Assembly: GCA_963757355.1 (NCBI GenBank)
Contig: CAVWRG010000003.1
Coordinates: forward strand, 1,541,120-1,605,119
Reading direction: 5' to 3'
Source of the DNA: an uncultured Acidobacteriota bacterium
Lineage (GTDB): Bacteria > Acidobacteriota > Vicinamibacteria > Vicinamibacterales > CAVVIG01
Length of the DNA: 64,000 nucleotides
Of this stretch, positions 57,339 through 64,000 are shown piece after piece; positions within the stretch are counted from its first letter, which is position 1; every line of letters starts with the position of its first letter. The position numbers were made by a program, and so were the translations under genes. The notes beneath the pieces are model-generated. The model had not been told where the DNA came from. It saw nothing but the letters and a program-made list of their open reading frames with translations, and did no database searches.

Positions 57339-57992
57339 ATGAGACTTGTCTTCAAAAAGGGTTTTGGGCTCGATACGATACCCTCTGACATCGCGATGTG
57401 GTTGCTAGAGCTTGAGAGCAGCACATACGCGTTTGTCGCGGATCAGGTGCCCGTTTCGATTTCCAGAGGGACCTTCGGCAACACTGACCAAGAACGTAAT
57501 TCAATCAATCAGTTCGTCTCAACGAGTCGTCGGCCATTCGGGCACAAGATTCAAACGTTGGATGTCACCTTTGAGATGGACGGGGCCATTCCTGAGGCCA
57601 TTAAGTCAGGCCAACATCAAATCGGTTCCGCCGATGCATTTGTCGAACCTTACATCGATCCCGGTTTTCACGCGGTGAGAGCGTTTGTCGAGACTTATCG
57701 GGACTGCAAATATCTCAGATATCGTGGCCAAGAACGTTGGACAAACCACCAAACTCTACTCCCACGAGTCACCGAGCAGGAATTCAGGACGTTGTTGTTT
57801 TACACCCTCGATGTAGGCGATGGTGAACCGTATGTCGGGTCTTTCAGCGACGGGAGGCTGAAGGTTAGCAACTTCTTAGGTAGTGATTTTACTGAGCAAC
57901 TTCGGCGCTTAAGCATCCTGTGCCAGCGGTGCGAAAGTTCATTGAAGAAGCGTGGGAACGTCTGTTTGATGAAGATTTCTCTGGTGCGGTAA
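57339..57992 (+). CDS. hypothetical protein (island gene 1), no recognisable family
   Basis: ATG preceded by GGGAGGTG Shine-Dalgarno. 217 aa. The last 30 or so codons overlap the next ORF in another frame and look non-native (..LCQRCESSLKKRGNVCLMKISLVR). Confidence 0.55.
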   Translation: MRLVFKKGFGLDTIPSDIAMWLLELESSTYAFVADQVPVSISRGTFGNTDQERNSINQFVSTSRRPFGHKIQTLDVTFEMDGAIPEAIKSGQHQIGSADAFVEPYIDPGFHAVRAFVETYRDCKYLRYRGQERWTNHQTLLPRVTEQEFRTLLFYTLDVGDGEPYVGSFSDGRLKVSNFLGSDFTEQLRRLSILCQRCESSLKKRGNVCLMKISLVR

Positions 57993-58294
57993 TTTACTCG
58001 GCTATTGCCATCGAGCGAGCGATGACCCGATTGTTGCGCAAAGAACTTGTGAACCGGGCCGTTGGGACAGCCTCGCAGATCGGGAAGGTCATCGAGGATA
58101 CCAGTAATCGATCGCTTTGCACCGTAGTGTTGGGTCTCCTTGGAATCGCGGATGACGGGTTGCGCCAACGGATGGTCAGTCTGTTTGAGCTCAGGAATTC
58201 GTTGGCTCACGGTCAGAAGTCAAACGTTCATCGTGAGGAGGCTGAGGCATCGATTCAGACATCTGAATCATTCCTTACGATTGCCTGGACCTAA
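57920..58294 (+). CDS. HEPN-like domain protein (Rx4H motif), either stand-alone or the frameshifted C-terminus of island gene 1
   Basis: About 124 aa, all-helical pattern: FIEEAWERLFDEDFSGAVIYSAIAIERAMTRLL.. then LFELRNSLAHGQ (R-N-S-L-A-H, i.e. Rx4H). GTG start. The frame is open from 57896. Confidence 0.55.
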   Translation: MPAVRKFIEEAWERLFDEDFSGAVIYSAIAIERAMTRLLRKELVNRAVGTASQIGKVIEDTSNRSLCTVVLGLLGIADDGLRQRMVSLFELRNSLAHGQKSNVHREEAEASIQTSESFLTIAWT

Positions 58295-58610
58295 GTCAAC
58301 GCGGGGCCTCGCAGATTCCCATCAGACATCGAACTCTCAATGCTCCTGCCACATACGAGACCACGCTCCCTTTGGTGTCACAGGGAGCGGCGACGGACAT
58401 GTGCCGGGACTGGCGGCACGCACGCAGGCGACAGGAGCGGACGACTGCGACAGTTGTGGGAGTGGAGCCCGCCTTTGAGTTGATCGAGGTGGCTAAAGAG
58501 GAACGCGGATATTTCGCGGACAGGTAACGATAAACCTCTCAGCTGCTCTCACTTGCAGAAGCACCTCCGGTTAGCAACCCGTTGTGCATCTACGCTATAG
58601 TCGTCTCGCC

Positions 58611-59879
58611 ATGGCAAAGCCTTTACAGCGACTGATCGTTTTTGTATCGGGCACCAGTGAGGCAGAGGCCGAGAAGGCTGCACTGAGGCGAATTGTCGAT
58701 GACATCAATCGGCGCGTGGAAAAGACGCACGGTATCACTCTGAGAGTGGTGGGTTGGCCGGACGATGGGCGACCGGGTGTTAGCACTGATCCTCAAGCAG
58801 AACTGAATCGCCAGTTTTCAGACTTCGACGTCTACATCGGAATGCTAGGCTCGAAGTTCGGATCACCCACGCCGAGGGCCGGGTCTGGCACAGAGGAGGA
58901 GTTCGAGTCGGCAATGCGCCGTTTTCAGAATGATTCAACTTCCGTACGGGTTCTCTTTTATTTCATGCGGACCGCTGCAGACCCATATTCGATCGACGCG
59001 GATCAGTTAAAAAGGGTCCAGCAGTTTCGGGAAACTTTGCCCTCCCGTGGCGTGGTCTATCGAGACTTCCACGATACCGCTAGCTTCACGAATCTTGTGC
59101 AGGACCACCTCTACTCAATCATAGAGGACGATTGGCGAGGTGATCGTTGGTCTGCTGTTGGTTCGGTACCCAGTCTCACTGGTGCCGTTCGTGACACCGA
59201 ACACCTGACCCACGACGGTGCGGGTCCCGCTGGTGCTTCCGAAGTTGATGTCAGTCTATCGAAGGAAGACGGCGAAGACGAATCTGGGTTTTTGGACCAT
59301 GTAGTGGCTTTCCACGAGGCAGTTGCTGTATTTACGGCGATTGTGGGAGAGATGCGCCATGACATGGACCGGATCAATGAACAGGTCCGCGCTCGCGCGA
59401 CAGAAGGCACCACGCTGAACGAAGAATTTAAGAGTGTCAAACATGTAGGAGGCAGTAGGGCGCAGCAGGAATTTGCCTCTAAGGCACGCATGAATGTCGA
59501 TGGGGCGGCAGCCAATCTCGACGATTTCGCTAGCGCGACGGCCGGGAATCTTGAGAAGTTCAAAGACAGTAATCGCTCGATGTTTGGCAGTTTGAGGGCG
59601 GGTTGGGGATCCGGATCAGAATTTGTGACTGAGCAGAACAGGAACGACAACGTGCGTGCGCTCCGCCAGTTGATTGCAGTCATCGAGAAAACAGGCGAGA
59701 GCATGACCGCTTTTCAGGCTAGCGTGAGCCGATTGCCTCTGTTGACGGGAAAAATCAAGCGAGCGCGTCGGCGGACAGCGCAGGTGTTGGGCGAGTTGAT
59801 AGCCGAATTTGCGTTGTCAGCCAATGAAGCACAGCGGATCGTTGATGAAATGGAGGGCGGTGTGAGTCCCGTTTCGTGA
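58611..59879 (+). CDS. DUF4062/TIR-like N-terminal domain protein with long helical C-terminal region (island gene 3)
   Basis: RLIVFVSGTSEAEAEKAALRRIVDDINR..FDVYIGMLGSKFGSPTP.AGSGTEEEFESAMR..VRVLFYF parallels the DUF4062 pattern VFISST..E.R.A...AI....D.yigIiG.RYGS....G.S.TE.EY..A. Residues from about 230 to 422 are helix-rich with no recognisable motif. Confidence 0.6.
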   Translation: MAKPLQRLIVFVSGTSEAEAEKAALRRIVDDINRRVEKTHGITLRVVGWPDDGRPGVSTDPQAELNRQFSDFDVYIGMLGSKFGSPTPRAGSGTEEEFESAMRRFQNDSTSVRVLFYFMRTAADPYSIDADQLKRVQQFRETLPSRGVVYRDFHDTASFTNLVQDHLYSIIEDDWRGDRWSAVGSVPSLTGAVRDTEHLTHDGAGPAGASEVDVSLSKEDGEDESGFLDHVVAFHEAVAVFTAIVGEMRHDMDRINEQVRARATEGTTLNEEFKSVKHVGGSRAQQEFASKARMNVDGAAANLDDFASATAGNLEKFKDSNRSMFGSLRAGWGSGSEFVTEQNRNDNVRALRQLIAVIEKTGESMTAFQASVSRLPLLTGKIKRARRRTAQVLGELIAEFALSANEAQRIVDEMEGGVSPVS

Positions 59880-60041
59880 AAGGCGACTGCGTGGATCGGC
59901 TGCCCAGGATATGTCCGCGTTTTGTCCGTAGGCTATCTTCGCCTTCCCGCCAAGTCACGCCCGAACGCAGACTAAGAATTGGCCAATTGTATAGGTGACA
60001 ATTAGGAGGGGCTGGTGCCCCACAACGTGCTCAGACGGCGT

Positions 60042-63000
60042 TCACTCGTACGAATTAGCAATGATGTTAAGCACCTTGTCGAGGTACTGGCCGACCTGCT
60101 TCGCGTCCGTCTGCGATCGAAGTTCGTACGAGATCATGTTGAACCAGTCGATTCGTGTCCTTGGACGCCGTCTGACCAATTCATCCAGCACGACTTGCCT
60201 CAGAAGGCCATCTCCCGAACCTGACTCGGGAAACGCCGCCTTGATGTCCGTGTCCCTCAGGTCGACGAGCTGCTGGCGAAGGGAATCAACCCGCTGCGCC
60301 CTCTCCAATTCCTTGCGGTAATCGGCGTCGCTGTTCAGCAAATCGTCGATCCGTTTGAGGAGTCGCTTGATTTCCGTGCTTCGACTCTTGAACCAGTCCG
60401 TTGACCAGATGCGGTGAATCTTCCAGCCCTGGTTCTCAAGAATTTCCTGTCGAAGGCGGTCGCGGTCGCGAGCAGAGCGTCCGGAATGGTAGCTTGCGCC
60501 GTCGCACTCGATTCCCAACAGGTACACGCCGGGCTTCGCAGGATGACGGACGCCAATGTCGATAAAGAAACCGGCTACGCCTACTTCTGGGACGACCTCG
60601 AATCCCTTTTCCCTGAGCACGGCGCCCACAGCGCGCTCAAAATCGTTCGACGACTGCCGCCCGCCATCGTCAGCGGCTTCCAGGATGCCGGTACGCGCGA
60701 ACGTCAGATACTGCTTGAAGGCGCGAAGGCCCCAGGCGCTGCCGCTATGGACCTGAATCTTTTCGGGGTCAATCGAGCTAAAGACTTCCGTCCTCTTCTT
60801 CGACCGCGTGAAAAGCACGTTGAGCCGTCGATGTCCATTCGGGCCGTTGATCGGGCCGAAGCGCTGGTATTGGTTTCCTTTTGCATCCGGCCCGTAGGTC
60901 GCCGAAATAAAGATCACGTCACGCTCATCGCCCTGAACGTTCTCGAGGTTCTTGATAAATAGCGGCTCCGACCCGCTCTCCATTCGTTCCTGATAAGCCA
61001 GCGCGAACGGCTCGGTCGTCAATCGGCGGTCGAGAAGGTCCTCGATCAGTTCTCGTTGCTCATAATTGAGCGCGACGACGCCGAGAGATTCATTCGGCCG
61101 ATTGTGCATGTGATCCAGAACAGCATCGACGACGGCCTCCGCCTCGGGCATATTGCGACGCTCGTCAAACACGCCTCGCGGAACGTGGTGATATTTGACG
61201 CCGAGGCTCGGGGATTCGTGATATGCGGACGGAAAGATGATCAGGTCTCCCTGATAGAACTCGCGATTGGAGAAGGCAATGAGGCTGTGGTGTCTCGACC
61301 GATAGTGCCACCGAAGCCGTCGGACAGGTTGGTACATCGTGCTGGCAATGTCGAGAATGCTTTCGCCTTCCTCTATTGCCGTCCGCTCGTCTTCATCCTC
61401 AAGGTCGTCATTATCGAAGGTGACTCTCTGGAAGAAATTTGTCGGCGGCAGCTGTTTTGGGTCGCCGACGATGACCAGCTGGCCACCCCTTGCGATAGAG
61501 CCGATGGCGTCCTCCGGCTTGAGCTGCGATGCCTCGTCCATGACGACGAGGTCAAAACGCAGTCTCTCCGGAATGAGGTACTGGGCTACCGAGAGCGGCC
61601 CCATCATGAAGCAGGGCTTCATGGCCTGGAGTGCGGTTGCAGACCGGCGCACCAGTTGTCGAATGGGAATGTGGCGTTTCTGCTTGCTGATCTCGTGCGT
61701 GATGAGCGCAAGCTCGCTCCAGCCTTTGACGGGACCGCTTTGATGACCGTATGGGATTTTGCGACGGTCGATGATGGCGGCGGCGCGTTCGCGATACAGT
61801 CGGATCGCTTCCTTGTCTGCCTTGGCGAACTGCTCCCGGACTTGGTCCTGGGTGGTGCCGCTGAAACCAAACAGATCGGCATGATCGGCGAAGGCGTATC
61901 GCGCGAGCGTGTTGTAAAAGACGAACTTGAAAGCGGTAGGAAGATGGTCTGGTTCGATGTGCCCGGCGTCAGCAAGACTCGTCAGCTTGTCGAGGCCGCG
62001 GCCTGCTCCGTCGGCTCGCGAGCGGATGAAGTGAAGCCATTGCGCCAGTTCGTCGCGGTTTTCGAGCGCGTGTGCCGCTCTCTTGGAAACATCCTCAAGT
62101 CTGTCGCCCTCATCGGCATGCCAGTCCAAGGATGACGAGCGGCTGCGAATGTCCTGGCGGCATTCCGCGATATCACGTGCGGCCTGCGCCGCTTGTTCAA
62201 GCCATTGAGACAACTGACGCAGGCGCGGCTCGTACTCGTCAGAGAGAAGCCAATCCGTCGCCGTCCCAGGAAGTGCGCTCTTCGCCAGGCGCTCGGCAAA
62301 ACGAACGGCGGCTTCAACCGGTCTCAGGTCGCTATCGATCTCGCAGTAGGAGTTGCCTAACATGTTGCGAACGTGCGCGTGAGCATCGATGCGGGCGATA
62401 CTCGCGCGATGACTCTCCGCCGTCTTCAACAGGCCGCCGATAGAGCTGATGGGAAGATCCGCCTTCAGGTCGGCCATCAGAAGACCCGCGATGGTTTCCT
62501 CCAGAAATGTGTTCGCCTCTTTCAACGCGTTCCGCAAGTCATCCAATGATCTTGGCGATGAGCCGTTCGGCCGCGCAAGCATCGGAAGGTCCAGGACGGC
62601 GCTGTGGAGGTCGTCAAGCGTCGCGCGATTGCTCTGATGCCCAGGCAGCGCCGCGCTGACCGCGTTGAGGCGCTCCGTTCTGGTCTTCAGAAGAAGATCT
62701 CGCAGCGCAACAGAAGAGTCATCATTGTCGGGGAGCAGAGCAAAGACTTGCTGGTACCAAGCGACGATGACTTGCCACTCATTCCATCTGGTCTGGCTCC
62801 CCTTGAAATGCGCTCCAAGAAGCTGCTGGCATCCCGCATCAGCGTCAAAGTCAGTCTGGGCCTGCAGGTGGTCGGCGATGGCCCGCAGGTGTTGCGCCAT
62901 AGATTTCCGCGATGCTTTCGCCGCGTGTCGCGCCAGAGCTTTGTAGGCGCGGCGGCCACTTCGATAGTCGCGGCCGAACAATCGCTGCCAGATGCCCGCG

Positions 63001-64000
63001 CCTTCAATCGCGGCTGCATGAGCGCGAAGTCGGACCGCGTCAGTATCCGCGAGCACCGACAGGTTGAAAGATTCGTCGAGCTTCCGATGTTCTTGCTCCA
63101 GTTCGCGCGTTCTGGCGGCGGCATCCTCGATGACTCGACCCGCGCCGTCCGACTCAAGGTTTGGTGTCCTTAAGTGAAACGCCTCGAAGGGTGCGCTTTC
63201 GAGCGCGCGCAGGCAGTCAAGAAGCCGTCGGATGTCTTGGGTGTCGAACGACACCTGAATTCCGAGAAGCGCGGTGAGGGCGGCAAGACAACTTTCTGCT
63301 TTTGAAAGAAGCTTCTCCGCCGCCCGGCCCCGTTCGAGGTCGTGGCGAAGCCGAAGGGAGTCGCTGCCCTCATGACCGCGGGCGGTCAGGACCGCGACCA
63401 TCTGGGCGAGGAATTCCCCGACATCCTTTCTCAGGAGCGGAGTGGAATTGCCAGCTGTGGTGGCAGCGGCAAGCGCCTGCCGTGTTGTGGAGGCATTCTC
63501 CACCGCTTCCATGAAGTCCAGCAGCGCAGCACGTGCGCGCGCATCCCGGCAAGGTACGAGGACATGTGACGGAAGCGGTTCGTTCACATCGGGCAACATG
63601 GTCAAAAGATCCGTGGCCATGTTGAGACCGTGCAAGGTGCAGGGCACTGCCACACCGACGTCCGCCAATGCCCGCTGCACGGGCGCGGCGTTTCCCACAG
63701 ATGAAACGAACCCCTCCAACAGGTCGCAGATGCGCTCCTGATCTTCAAAGCTGAGGGTCGCATTAATCCATGCCCACGGGTGCAGCTCAAGGCTCGAACA
63801 AGCCCGCAAAACGCCGCCGAGGTGCTGGGCATGTACGGCCAGGAAGTGCTCCGTTTGTGCGACGTCGGTGGGCGTAAATTGAATAACTGTCGCCAGGAGC
63901 AGCTTCTCCACGAGCGAGCGGTCAAACCGCAGTTCCTGGTACGCAACATCGCGCGCCCACAGAATGTCGAACACCGTCGCGTTGAAAGGCTGAAGCTCCT
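60042..64000 (-). CDS. large SF1 (Upf1/DNA2-like) helicase fused to Vsr/DUF559-type endonuclease and DUF3320-like tail; N-terminus beyond window
   Basis: Helicase motifs DLVVMDEASQ (II), VIVGDPKQLPP (III), LRWHYRSRHHSLIAFSN, VQGDERDVIFIS, RLNVLFTRSKKR (VI). Nuclease LLGIECDGASYHSGRSARDRDRLRQEILENQGWKIHRIWSTDWF. The frame remains open at the window edge, so Walker A is not seen. Confidence 0.85.
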   Translation of the reverse strand, partial: ELQPFNATVFDILWARDVAYQELRFDRSLVEKLLLATVIQFTPTDVAQTEHFLAVHAQHLGGVLRACSSLELHPWAWINATLSFEDQERICDLLEGFVSSVGNAAPVQRALADVGVAVPCTLHGLNMATDLLTMLPDVNEPLPSHVLVPCRDARARAALLDFMEAVENASTTRQALAAATTAGNSTPLLRKDVGEFLAQMVAVLTARGHEGSDSLRLRHDLERGRAAEKLLSKAESCLAALTALLGIQVSFDTQDIRRLLDCLRALESAPFEAFHLRTPNLESDGAGRVIEDAAARTRELEQEHRKLDESFNLSVLADTDAVRLRAHAAAIEGAGIWQRLFGRDYRSGRRAYKALARHAAKASRKSMAQHLRAIADHLQAQTDFDADAGCQQLLGAHFKGSQTRWNEWQVIVAWYQQVFALLPDNDDSSVALRDLLLKTRTERLNAVSAALPGHQSNRATLDDLHSAVLDLPMLARPNGSSPRSLDDLRNALKEANTFLEETIAGLLMADLKADLPISSIGGLLKTAESHRASIARIDAHAHVRNMLGNSYCEIDSDLRPVEAAVRFAERLAKSALPGTATDWLLSDEYEPRLRQLSQWLEQAAQAARDIAECRQDIRSRSSSLDWHADEGDRLEDVSKRAAHALENRDELAQWLHFIRSRADGAGRGLDKLTSLADAGHIEPDHLPTAFKFVFYNTLARYAFADHADLFGFSGTTQDQVREQFAKADKEAIRLYRERAAAIIDRRKIPYGHQSGPVKGWSELALITHEISKQKRHIPIRQLVRRSATALQAMKPCFMMGPLSVAQYLIPERLRFDLVVMDEASQLKPEDAIGSIARGGQLVIVGDPKQLPPTNFFQRVTFDNDDLEDEDERTAIEEGESILDIASTMYQPVRRLRWHYRSRHHSLIAFSNREFYQGDLIIFPSAYHESPSLGVKYHHVPRGVFDERRNMPEAEAVVDAVLDHMHNRPNESLGVVALNYEQRELIEDLLDRRLTTEPFALAYQERMESGSEPLFIKNLENVQGDERDVIFISATYGPDAKGNQYQRFGPINGPNGHRRLNVLFTRSKKRTEVFSSIDPEKIQVHSGSAWGLRAFKQYLTFARTGILEAADDGGRQSSNDFERAVGAVLREKGFEVVPEVGVAGFFIDIGVRHPAKPGVYLLGIECDGASYHSGRSARDRDRLRQEILENQGWKIHRIWSTDWFKSRSTEIKRLLKRIDDLLNSDADYRKELERAQRVDSLRQQLVDLRDTDIKAAFPESGSGDGLLRQVVLDELVRRRPRTRIDWFNMISYELRSQTDAKQVGQYLDKVLNIIANSYE

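Noticed and set aside
58295-58610. 315-bp gap in the island containing a 42-codon ORF (MCRDWRHARRRQERTTATVVGVEPAFELIEVAKEERGYFADR) and a hairpin CTCCCT-N10-AGGGAG.
   Set aside because: The ORF has an Arg-rich start, no Shine-Dalgarno and no recognisable family. It is more likely a gene remnant plus the terminator of the HEPN gene.

Overview
High-GC bacterial chromosome segment. The PadR + ADOP duplicated-permease pair and the overall gene content suggest Acidobacteriota. About 60 protein genes and 3 tRNAs are supportable.

Layout:
- 0-15 kb: two paralogous OmpR/histidine-kinase pairs bracket a flippase, a GT2 glycosyltransferase and a YncE-like/TolC/MFP/RND efflux operon.
- 15-20.5 kb: BlaI/BlaR1 pair, a frameshifted HI0933-type flavoprotein, an S8 protease with a C-terminal hexapeptide array, and a GNAT.
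- 20.5-32 kb: a nine-gene, translationally coupled Wsp-like chemosensory cluster. It ends in a four-receiver hybrid kinase and starts with an Hpt protein plus a receiver carrying a Cys-rich C-terminal module.
- 32-41.3 kb: secreted beta-helix protein, O-methyltransferase, trypsin-like protease, frameshifted ADOP permease + PadR. A decayed integrative remnant follows (integrase scrap, GIY-YIG gene, 8 x 63-bp minisatellite) abutting tRNA-Leu(GAG).
- 41.3-55.8 kb: housekeeping genes secG-tpiA-pgk-gap, waaA-lpxK-lpxL, nadE and ADP-heptose/LPS-core genes.
- 55.8-56.3 kb: tRNA-Val and tRNA-Asp. The tRNA-Asp 3' end is present three times at a 94-bp period.
- 56.3-64 kb: a visibly lower-GC island with a truncated tyrosine integrase, a hypothetical ORF overlapping a HEPN (Rx4H) ORF, a DUF4062/TIR-like protein, and a large SF1 helicase-endonuclease that runs off the window.

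The island is the best candidate for an undescribed (anti-phage) system. Several REP-like palindrome families and two single-base frameshifts in conserved genes are also notable. No rRNA or CRISPR array was found. All family assignments are motif recognition by eye, with no searches run.
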